64,000 nucleotides of DNA from an uncultured Brevinematales bacterium (GTDB taxonomy: Bacteria; Spirochaetota; Brevinematia; Brevinematales; JAOACQ01). Under the pieces are notes generated by a model. The model did no database searches. It was not told where the DNA came from and saw only the letters and a list, made by a program, of their open reading frames with translations. Positions 56,623 to 64,000 of this stretch are shown piece after piece. Each line of letters opens with the position of its first letter. The stretch's first letter is position 1. The translations under genes and the position numbers were made by a program. Location: assembly GCA_964533855.1 (NCBI GenBank), contig CAZHNM010000002.1, forward strand, positions 16,862-80,861. The letters run 5' to 3'.

Positions 56623-58266
56623 TTGAAGGGCCCTGGTTTTCTCTCTCTCTTTTTGTTTATAGCAACCCCTCTTTTTTCTACTGAGATTTTTACAAAAGGG
56701 ATCAATCTGACTGAATGGTTCCAGGAACCTGCGGTCAGATCAATACAGGCAAACAAATACACGAAAAAGGATTTTGAGGATATCAAAAGTCTCGGATGCG
56801 ATGTCATCCGCCTTCCGATCAACCTTCATGCAATGACAGGCGGAGCTCCCGATTATATAATAGATCCCATGTTATTTAAATTCCTCGACAGGGCTGTGGA
56901 TATATGCGAAGAGCTCAATATTTCGCTTATCCTTGACAATCATTCAGATTCCGATAAAATGACCGATCCTTCTGTCGGAGATATTTTATCAAAGATATGG
57001 ACACAGATAGCCGGCCATTATAAAAGCCGGGGCAGTTTACTCTATTACGAAATACTCAACGAGCCGCATGGGATCAGTCCGGCAGCCTGGGGCATGATCG
57101 AGAAAAATGTTATAAATAAAATAAGGCAGATCGATAAAAAACATACTATAATAGCAGGCGGAGCGGGCTGGAACGATATTGATTCGCTCTCGAAACTTCC
57201 CGATTTCGATGACGATAATATCATCTACACATTTCACTTCTACGACCCTATGCTTTTTACACACCAGGGAGCCGCATGGTTAAAACCGCCTCAGACATCC
57301 CTTAAAGGCATCCCTTATCCCTACGACAAAAAGAGGATGCCTCCCTGTCCTTCCGATTTGTTGAATACATGGGTGCAGAAAAAATTAAGCATGGAATATC
57401 CCTCTGAAGCCAATAACGGAGCGCTTGAAAAGACAATCCTTAAGGCAGTAGATTTCAGGGCTAAAACAGGCAAAATAGTTTATTGCGGTGAATTCGGCGT
57501 TTTAAATAAAAATGCGCAGGATGGAGACAGGTTTTACTGGTATGATTCTGTAAGAAAGATCCTAGAGAAGTATTCGATCCCCAGGACTTCCTGGGATTAC
57601 AGAAGCTCTTTCGGGTTATTCAAAAAGGATTCGGATGAAGTATTCGATTACGACCTGGATATTCCCATAGTCATGGCTCTCGGCCTTAACCCGCCCTCCT
57701 TTAACGAGCTCAAAATAAAACCTGAAACTAACGGTTTTTATATATTCGACAATTACCCGGCCCCGGGATTAGCAGTAGCATCCTATACTATCAACGGCTC
57801 TATCGGCCTGTATGACACAGAATCCCCTGAAAACGGTAAATATTCAATAGATATGGATAACCTTGACCGTTACGACCGGCTTAATTTTTCCTTCAAACCG
57901 GCGAAGGATCTATCGGAACTGCTTGAAAGAAAATGCAGCGTTGTGATAAAATTGAAATTGAAGCCGGGGTTTAAAAATGTTGATATCAGGTTTCTCTCCG
58001 TCAGGAAAGACGATCCCGTTTCAAGGCCCTGGAGAATCAGATACACACTTGATGATAAGACCCTTAAAAAAAGCGGAGACTGGCAGACTGTTTATGTCGG
58101 CCTCGATAAATTCACCGAACAGGGCGCATGGAAAGACAAATGGTATAATCCGGAGGGGCTTTTCGACTGGCGCAGCATAACAGGTTTCGAAGTTGTTTCT
58201 GAGAATGAAAAATGGCAGAACACGGGTCTTCTCATAGCACAGATCAGCCTTTCACTGATAGAATAG
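56623..58266 (+). CDS. secreted glycoside hydrolase family 5 (cellulase/mannanase-like) with a C-terminal beta-rich domain
   Basis: 547 aa with a TTG start 7 nt after GGAGAA and a signal-like N-terminus. The GH5 acid/base motif is YEILNEPHG and the nucleophile motif is YCGEFGV. Confidence 0.8.
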   Translation: MKGPGFLSLFLFIATPLFSTEIFTKGINLTEWFQEPAVRSIQANKYTKKDFEDIKSLGCDVIRLPINLHAMTGGAPDYIIDPMLFKFLDRAVDICEELNISLILDNHSDSDKMTDPSVGDILSKIWTQIAGHYKSRGSLLYYEILNEPHGISPAAWGMIEKNVINKIRQIDKKHTIIAGGAGWNDIDSLSKLPDFDDDNIIYTFHFYDPMLFTHQGAAWLKPPQTSLKGIPYPYDKKRMPPCPSDLLNTWVQKKLSMEYPSEANNGALEKTILKAVDFRAKTGKIVYCGEFGVLNKNAQDGDRFYWYDSVRKILEKYSIPRTSWDYRSSFGLFKKDSDEVFDYDLDIPIVMALGLNPPSFNELKIKPETNGFYIFDNYPAPGLAVASYTINGSIGLYDTESPENGKYSIDMDNLDRYDRLNFSFKPAKDLSELLERKCSVVIKLKLKPGFKNVDIRFLSVRKDDPVSRPWRIRYTLDDKTLKKSGDWQTVYVGLDKFTEQGAWKDKWYNPEGLFDWRSITGFEVVSENEKWQNTGLLIAQISLSLIE

Positions 58267-58310
58267 AGCATTACGCCCGGCCTATAAAAAAATGATTTAT
58301 TTTCTTACTA

Positions 58311-58339
58311 TTGACAACCAGTCAAATTTTTAATATAAT
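58311..58339 (+). promoter_or_regulatory. sigma-70 promoter of the TetR/efflux operon
   Basis: TTGACA-N17-TATAAT, an exact consensus. The -35 is part of the palindrome TTGACaaccaGTCAA (58311-58325). Confidence 0.6.
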
Positions 58340-58370
58340 TATACCGACGGTTAAAACAACGAGTTCATAC

Positions 58371-58387
58371 TTACTGTAAAACAGTAA
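58371..58387. promoter_or_regulatory. inverted repeat, putative TetR operator
   Basis: TTACTGT-AAA-ACAGTAA is a perfect 7-bp inverted repeat between the promoter and the TetR start codon. Confidence 0.5.
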
Positions 58388-58428
58388 ATTTAACTGTAAG
58401 TTTGGGCTTGCAAAAAAAGGGGCGGTAT

Positions 58429-59034
58429 ATGAATAATAAGCGGGATTCCGGGGATACCAAGGAAGCCATACTCGGGGCTGCAAAGGAGATCATGATAAAA
58501 AAGGGCTATGACGAGGCTAAGATGGAAGAGATCGCCCGCAAGGCCGGGGTCAGCAAGGTCATGCTGTATTACCATTTTCAGAGCAAGGAAAACATCCTTA
58601 AAGAGCTGATAGGCAGGATTATAGGTTCGGCAAAGCTGCACCTCTCGGAAATTATTTCCGGTCTTAAAAAACTCGAGGAATTGAAAGTTGAATTGATACT
58701 TTCGAAATTGAGGCCTGTCTTCGGGAGAGAAGCCGCTTTTCTCCGCATAATTATTTCCGAAGTTCTGAGGGGTAAATTAGATTATGAGATCGTTTTATCC
58801 CTTCTGAAAGATTTTTATTTCGAGATTTATGATATGACTAATAAAGACGGGAACCAGGGGGACAGGGATTCCTATATAACAAAGATGCTTTTTTTTCAGG
58901 GATTGCCGCTTATTATGTATTACTGTATTTCGGAAGATGTCAGCAGGGTTTACGGGATAGGGATCGATAAAATTGAGAAGGCGTTTTCTGATAAATTTAC
59001 GGACAGCCTGATGAGGACATTAAAACTCAATTAA
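58429..59034 (+). CDS. TetR/AcrR family transcriptional regulator
   Basis: About 201 aa with the HTH MEEIARKAGVSKVMLYYHFQSKE. The ATG at 58429 follows AAGGGG. The ORF track starts at 58402. Confidence 0.85.
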   Translation: MNNKRDSGDTKEAILGAAKEIMIKKGYDEAKMEEIARKAGVSKVMLYYHFQSKENILKELIGRIIGSAKLHLSEIISGLKKLEELKVELILSKLRPVFGREAAFLRIIISEVLRGKLDYEIVLSLLKDFYFEIYDMTNKDGNQGDRDSYITKMLFFQGLPLIMYYCISEDVSRVYGIGIDKIEKAFSDKFTDSLMRTLKLN

Positions 59035-59056
59035 AGCGTATCAAGAGGAGGATCTG

Positions 59057-59860
59057 ATGAAAACAAAGGCCATCATACCTATAGCGGGAGTTATTATAGT
59101 TCTTCTAGCAGCCACTCTGTATTTTGAAGTATTCAGGAATATAAGCAATAACGTAAGGACCTTCGAAGGGTCCGGAACGATAGAGGCCACGGAGATAGAG
59201 ATAAGCTCCACCATTTCAGGCAGGATAGCCGAACTTCCCGTCGATGAAGGGGTGGAAGTCAAAAGAAACCAGCTCCTGGTGAAGCTCGTCCATGACGAGC
59301 TTGCGGCGGAAAGGAATTCGGCAGCCGCGAGTTTTGAAAACGCCGATATTAACCTGAAAAGGGTCTCAAGCCTTTACAGCTCCGGCTCGGCGTCAAAAAA
59401 GGAGTTTGATGACGCCCAGGCCTTCTACAGGGTGAGCAAGGCGGCTCTGGAGCAGATCACCGCAAATATAGAGAACGCGGTCATCTTAGCTCCGATCGAC
59501 GGCACCGTGCTGGTAAAGAACCTCGAGATCGGTGAAACCGCTTTTCCGGGTTCCGCCATTTTGACCATGGCTGACCTCAGGCATTTATATATCAAGATAT
59601 ATGTTGATGAAAAGAAGCTCGGCCTTGTTAAGCTCGGGATGAAGGCTGCCGTCCATGTAGACAGTTATCCCGGCAGGGATTTCAGGGGAGTCGTATCCAC
59701 GATTTCCGAGGAAGCCGAATTTACGCCAAAAACGATAGAAACCAGGGATGAAAGGGTGAAGCTTATGTTTGCAGTCAAGATCAACCTTGATAATCCTGAT
59801 GAGGCCCTTAAGCCGGGAATGCCTGCCGATGCGGTCATCTACCTGGACGGTGCGCATTGA
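59057..59860 (+). CDS. HlyD-family / efflux periplasmic adaptor protein
   Basis: 267 aa with a GAGGAGGA RBS. It has an N-terminal TM anchor, a lipoyl-like ISSTISGRIAELPVDEGVEV segment and a C-terminal LKPGMPADAVI. Confidence 0.8.
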   Translation: MKTKAIIPIAGVIIVLLAATLYFEVFRNISNNVRTFEGSGTIEATEIEISSTISGRIAELPVDEGVEVKRNQLLVKLVHDELAAERNSAAASFENADINLKRVSSLYSSGSASKKEFDDAQAFYRVSKAALEQITANIENAVILAPIDGTVLVKNLEIGETAFPGSAILTMADLRHLYIKIYVDEKKLGLVKLGMKAAVHVDSYPGRDFRGVVSTISEEAEFTPKTIETRDERVKLMFAVKINLDNPDEALKPGMPADAVIYLDGAH

Positions 59861-60783
59861 TAGAAATAAAAGGTATAAGCAAATCTTACAGGACCCTTCA
59901 GGCTCCCGCTTTAAGCGATGTCTCCTTCGAGGTCGGAAAAGGTGAGATTTTCGGCATCGTAGGCCCTGACGGTGCCGGAAAGAGCACGCTGCTCAGGATC
60001 CTCGCAGGAATACTGCATCCCGGGGCAGGCTCTGTTATTATGAATGGAAAAGACCTTTTCAAAAATATTTATGATGTAAAAGACAATCTTGCTTATATGC
60101 CCCAGAAATTCGGCCTTTACGAAGACCTCACAGTAGAAGAAAACATCTTCTTCTTCGGCAATCTCTTCGGAATGTCGAACCGGGAAATAAGAGCTAATTT
60201 AGGCGTTCTGTATTCCTTCAGCCGGCTTGAACCGTTTAAAAACAGGCTATCGGGAAAATTATCGGGAGGCATGAAACAGAAATTAGGGCTGGCCTGCTGC
60301 CTTGTCCATAATCCGGATATAATACTTCTTGATGAGCCGACAAACGGGGTCGATCCTGTTTCAAGAAGGGAGTTCTGGAAGATACTATACGACCTGCTTT
60401 CCGAAGGCAAAACCATAGTAATAAGCACGGCCTATCTTGACGAGGCCGAACGCGCCAACAGGATGGCCCTGATGCACAGGGGAAAGATTATCGCCCTGGG
60501 CACACCCGGAGAGATCAAAAAACTCATACCCCTGAAATTTTTAGAAGTCATTGTATCGGACCCCCGGAAAGCTGAAAGGGTGCTGAAAGCCTATAATGAA
60601 TTCAAATCCGTAATCCTTACCGGCTCTACTTTGAAAATCTTCCTGCCAGGCGATGCCGTATCGGAAGAAAAGCTTAAAGCTGTCCTCGGCAAAGATGGCA
60701 TTAAAATAGTCTCCATCCGGGCAAACATACCGGGGCTTGAAGATTGTTTCGTAGAGATACTTGCGATGAGGCAAGCATCATGA
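59857..60783 (+). CDS. ABC transporter ATP-binding protein
   Basis: Walker A GPDGAGKST, signature LSGGMKQK and Walker B IILLDEPT. It overlaps the upstream gene by 4 nt. Confidence 0.9.
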   Translation: MIEIKGISKSYRTLQAPALSDVSFEVGKGEIFGIVGPDGAGKSTLLRILAGILHPGAGSVIMNGKDLFKNIYDVKDNLAYMPQKFGLYEDLTVEENIFFFGNLFGMSNREIRANLGVLYSFSRLEPFKNRLSGKLSGGMKQKLGLACCLVHNPDIILLDEPTNGVDPVSRREFWKILYDLLSEGKTIVISTAYLDEAERANRMALMHRGKIIALGTPGEIKKLIPLKFLEVIVSDPRKAERVLKAYNEFKSVILTGSTLKIFLPGDAVSEEKLKAVLGKDGIKIVSIRANIPGLEDCFVEILAMRQAS

Positions 60784-61934
60784 AAAATTTAATAAAATCT
60801 CTGCGCAGGATCAGGGCGATCGCGGGTAAGGAATGGATCCAGATCAGGAGGGACCTCAGGAGCATGGCCCTTTCACTGGCGCTTCCCATTATTCTGATCC
60901 TTCTTTTCGGTTACGCCCTTTCGATGGATGTAAAGCATGTGAATTTTGCGATACTCGACCAGGATAAAACACCTTTATCAAGAAATTTTCTCGATAATTT
61001 CTTCCATTCGGAGTACTTTTCCACTTACAAATATTTATCGGACAGCAGGGAGATAGACCCGCTTATAAGAACCGGCGCGATTGTCATGGCAATTGTTATT
61101 CCCGAGAACTTCGAAAAGAAATATAAAACGGGTAAAAGCCCGGACTTCCAGGTGATTATTGACGGTTCGGATTCAACCTCGGCGACTGTCGCCCTCGGGT
61201 ATGTAAACACAATTCTCTACAATTTCAACAATAAAAACAAGGTTGCCGAGATGAACGGTTACGGGCTTTCTTCCTTAACGCTTCCGATCGATATCAGGAC
61301 AAGGATCTGGTATAACGCCGAGCTGAAAAGCCAGAATTACATAGTGCCGGGGATCATTGTCATCATAATGGCCATAATATCGGCCCTAATAACCAGCCTT
61401 ACGATTTCAAGGGAGTGGGAAAGGGGAACAATGGAAAGCCTGATAACAACCCCGCTGCGGAGGCATGAAATTTTCTTTGGAAAACTCTTCCCTTATGTAT
61501 TCATCGCGTTTTTCGACCTTATCATAGCTGTCTGCATCGGTTATTTCGTGTTCCAGGCGCCCATAAGGGGAAGTTTTATCGAGCTTTACCTTGTCGCTCT
61601 CCTTTTCCTGATAGGGGCGTCGAGCATGGGGATTTTCATTTCATCCGCAACGAAATCGCAGGTTCTCTCGGTCCAGATGTCTGTGATTTTGACATATCTT
61701 CCGTCATTCATACTCTCCGGGTACATATTTCCGGTTAAAAACATGCCTTTTATAGTCCAGATTATTACATATTTAATCCCGGCCAAGTACCTGATAGTTT
61801 ACATGAAGGGCATAGCCCTTAAAGGCATAGGTTATATGCTTATGTGGGAGCAGATATTATTCCTTTTCCTGTTTGCCGTCGTAATGAGTTTTATCTGCCT
61901 TAGAAACATTGTAATGAAATTACCGGAGGGGTGA
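60780..61934 (+). CDS. ABC-2 type transporter permease
   Basis: The start at MKNLIKS overlaps the upstream stop as ATGA. It has an N-terminal TM, a large periplasmic loop and a C-terminal 5-TM bundle, as in the YbhS/YbhR family. Confidence 0.8.
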   Translation: MKNLIKSLRRIRAIAGKEWIQIRRDLRSMALSLALPIILILLFGYALSMDVKHVNFAILDQDKTPLSRNFLDNFFHSEYFSTYKYLSDSREIDPLIRTGAIVMAIVIPENFEKKYKTGKSPDFQVIIDGSDSTSATVALGYVNTILYNFNNKNKVAEMNGYGLSSLTLPIDIRTRIWYNAELKSQNYIVPGIIVIIMAIISALITSLTISREWERGTMESLITTPLRRHEIFFGKLFPYVFIAFFDLIIAVCIGYFVFQAPIRGSFIELYLVALLFLIGASSMGIFISSATKSQVLSVQMSVILTYLPSFILSGYIFPVKNMPFIVQIITYLIPAKYLIVYMKGIALKGIGYMLMWEQILFLFLFAVVMSFICLRNIVMKLPEG

Positions 61935-63091
61935 TCATAATGGCTCCTTTTGCGGCACTTCGTCCTTTCCTGATAAAGGAATTCAAACAGATGTTCCGGG
62001 ACCCCAGGATGAGGCTCGTGATATTCGCGGCTCCCATAATGAGCCTCCTGATACTTGGATACGCTGTTAACACCGATGTTAAAAATGTGAGGGTTGTGGT
62101 ATTCGACGAGGACAGGACAAGCATGAGCAGGGAGCTTATCGAAAAATTCACAGGTTCGGGTTATTTCGAGGTTTACAGGGACCTCGATTCTTCGTCGGAA
62201 CTTGACGGCATCCTCGATAAAGGCGATTCCGAGGTTTATATCCACATAGAAAAGGATTTTTCGAAAAAGATAAGGGGGGGGAAAATCACAAAGGTCCAGA
62301 TTATCGTTGACGGTACGGATTCAAGCAGGGCTGCTGTTATTGTCTCCTATGTAAATCAGATAACCGCAGGTTATTCTTTTGATTATTTCAACAAGAGGAT
62401 AAAGCTTTTTATTCTAAACAAGGGCATCAGGGGCGTGAAGTTCCGGCAGAACATAGTGATGAAACAGAGAGTGCTCTTCAACCCCGACCTGTCGAGCAGG
62501 AATTTTTTCCTGCCTGTGGTACTCGGGCTTGTGGTTTCTTTGATAACTATTGTACTGACGGCGATGTCGATCGTCAAGGAGAGGGAAACAGGGACTATCG
62601 ACCAGCTTATTGTTTCGCCGATCCATCCGTACGAGCTGATAGCCGGCAAGACCATCCCGTTTATACTGGTTAGTTTTTTAGACGTTATTATTGTGACTAC
62701 TATTACCATTTTCTGGTTTGGAGTGCCTTTCAACGGCAATATCTTCTTCCTCCTTTTCGCATGTCTGCTTTTCATAATTTCAACGGTCTCCATAGGCCTG
62801 TATATTTCGACAATCTCAAAAAGCCAGCAGGAGGCCCTGCTTTCGACATTTCTATACTTTATACCTTCGATGCTGCTTTCCGGATTTATTTTCCCGGTAT
62901 ATTCCATGCCGGCCCCTGTCCGTCCGGTTACCCTGATAAATCCCATGCTGTATTTTGTAAATATTATCAGGGGCGTATTTCTGAGAGGGACCTCTTTGCC
63001 TGAATTATGGAAAGATCTGCTTGCTCTCTTCCTGATAGGAAGCATATTGTTTTACCTTAGCGCCAGAAGGTTCAGAAGGAGGCTTGAATAA
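61931..63091 (+). CDS. ABC-2 type transporter permease (paralog)
   Basis: 386 aa with a GTG start overlapping the upstream stop. It has the same architecture as the preceding permease. Confidence 0.8.
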   Translation: MIIMAPFAALRPFLIKEFKQMFRDPRMRLVIFAAPIMSLLILGYAVNTDVKNVRVVVFDEDRTSMSRELIEKFTGSGYFEVYRDLDSSSELDGILDKGDSEVYIHIEKDFSKKIRGGKITKVQIIVDGTDSSRAAVIVSYVNQITAGYSFDYFNKRIKLFILNKGIRGVKFRQNIVMKQRVLFNPDLSSRNFFLPVVLGLVVSLITIVLTAMSIVKERETGTIDQLIVSPIHPYELIAGKTIPFILVSFLDVIIVTTITIFWFGVPFNGNIFFLLFACLLFIISTVSIGLYISTISKSQQEALLSTFLYFIPSMLLSGFIFPVYSMPAPVRPVTLINPMLYFVNIIRGVFLRGTSLPELWKDLLALFLIGSILFYLSARRFRRRLE

Positions 63092-64000
63092 TGGATTCCG
63101 GGAAAAATTCGGCCGTCGATGTTCTTGAACTTACAAAAAAATTCGATAAATTTACAGCCGTTGATAAAATCAGCTTCCGCGTTAAAAAGGGGGAAATCTT
63201 CGGATTTCTCGGCCCTAACGGGGCAGGTAAAAGCACCACTATAAAAATGCTCTGCGGAATCATCACTCCGAGTTCGGGGGCAGGGCATGTAAACGGCTTC
63301 GATATTGTCAATGAACAGTTCAATATAAAGAAAAGCATAGGCTATATGTCGCAGAAGTTTTCCATGTACGACGATCTGACTGTCGTTGAAAACCTCGAGT
63401 TTTTCGGCTCCATTTACGGACTTTCCGGGGACAAGCTCTCCATGAGGATAGAAGAGATAACAGGACAGATGGAAATGGGGGACATGAAAAAGAAGCTGAT
63501 GAGGGACCTTCCTCTTGGAGTAAAGCAGAGGCTGGCTCTTGGAGGGGCAATCATACATAACCCGGGAATACTCTTTCTTGACGAGCCTACGTCGGGAGTC
63601 GACCCCATCATGAGGAGGAATTTCTGGGACCTCATTTACGGGTTTTCAGAAGAAGGAAAAACCATATTTGTTACAACCCATTATATGGATGAGGCCGAGC
63701 ACTGCGACAGGATCGCGCTTATCATCGGAGGAAAGATAATTGCCCTCGATTCCCCCGGGGGGTTGAAAGAATCTCTGGGCTTTGACGTTTATAAAATCAC
63801 GACGGATAACCTTATCGAGGCTTTTAACGCCCTTTCCGGGCAGGATTTTGTCAGGGAAGCCGCCATATTCGGGGCTGATATCCATATTCTCTGCGAGAAA
63901 GGAATAAATGCAGTACCGGGAATAAAAGCTGTATTTAAAAATATGAAATCCGGAAACTTATGCATTGATAAAATATATCCATCCCTCGAGGATGTTTTCG
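63091..64000 (+). CDS. ABC transporter ATP-binding protein (3' end truncated by the window)
   Basis: This ORF is absent from the ORF track because no stop codon lies in the window. My manual translation from ATG 63091 gives MDSGKNSAVDVLELTKKF... with Walker A GPNGAGKST, signature-like LPLGVKQR and Walker B ILFLDEPTSGVD. The frame stays open to base 64000. Confidence 0.85.
   Translation, partial: MDSGKNSAVDVLELTKKFDKFTAVDKISFRVKKGEIFGFLGPNGAGKSTTIKMLCGIITPSSGAGHVNGFDIVNEQFNIKKSIGYMSQKFSMYDDLTVVENLEFFGSIYGLSGDKLSMRIEEITGQMEMGDMKKKLMRDLPLGVKQRLALGGAIIHNPGILFLDEPTSGVDPIMRRNFWDLIYGFSEEGKTIFVTTHYMDEAEHCDRIALIIGGKIIALDSPGGLKESLGFDVYKITTDNLIEAFNALSGQDFVREAAIFGADIHILCEKGINAVPGIKAVFKNMKSGNLCIDKIYPSLEDVF

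Noticed and set aside
1-64000. Scan for CRISPR arrays, tRNA/rRNA genes, transposases, integrases, phage or defence-system genes.
   Set aside because: Every gap longer than 90 nt was read and none shows spaced direct repeats or a tRNA-like cloverleaf. No ORF translation shows DDE, tyrosine/serine recombinase, Cas, restriction or abortive-infection motifs that I can recognise.

Overview
Dense chromosomal window with about 55 protein genes. By eye I see no rRNA, tRNA, CRISPR array, transposase or phage genes. The source is a moderately AT-rich, diderm-type bacterium (it has an OMP ending in Phe and a lipobox lipoprotein) that I cannot assign to a taxon from sequence alone.

Blocks:
- (i) 0-5.5 kb: an HD-GYP-like protein translationally coupled to a GT-C-like polytopic membrane protein, then a second large membrane protein and a DUF362 protein.
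- (ii) 5.6-15.5 kb: VOC, zinc-ribbon and TetR genes, MetH without a reactivation domain, a GGDEF protein, purF, NUDIX, carA, rarA and an MBL hydrolase.
- (iii) 15.5-28.9 kb: a PaaK-like ligase, MazG, PAS-GGDEF, a second GT-C-like paralog, TtcA, two histidine kinases, an aminotransferase, the CCA enzyme and a PHP hydrolase.
- (iv) 28.9-38.7 kb: an 11-gene V/A-type ATPase operon in the non-canonical order K-F-E-[CofE-like]-A-B-D-[USP-like]-[G/H-like]-C-I.
- (v) 38.9-44.9 kb: a GalT/HIT-like protein, an AEC transporter, an Fe-ADH-like protein that appears to lack its metal ligands, a GAF-GAF-PP2C phosphatase and PgeF.
- (vi) 44.9-56.6 kb: a nitrogen-assimilation island. It holds a GAF-GAF sigma-54 activator divergent from glnA (clear -24/-12 promoter), an OMP, a lipoprotein, an over-long GlnE carrying a GlnD-like ACT-ACT insertion, and a stand-alone GltB amidotransferase domain.
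- (vii) 56.6-64 kb: a GH5 glycosidase and a TetR-HlyD-ABC-2 efflux operon that runs off the window.

Most unusual observations:
- A two-copy intergenic module (41141-41251 and 55288-55501) has perfectly conserved arms, nested and pseudoknot-type complementarity, and a GC-rich repeat expansion in copy 2.
- Accessory genes are embedded in the V-ATPase operon.
- GlnE has a chimeric GlnE/GlnD-like architecture.

All calls come from reading the sequence and ORF translations. No database search or folding computation was run.
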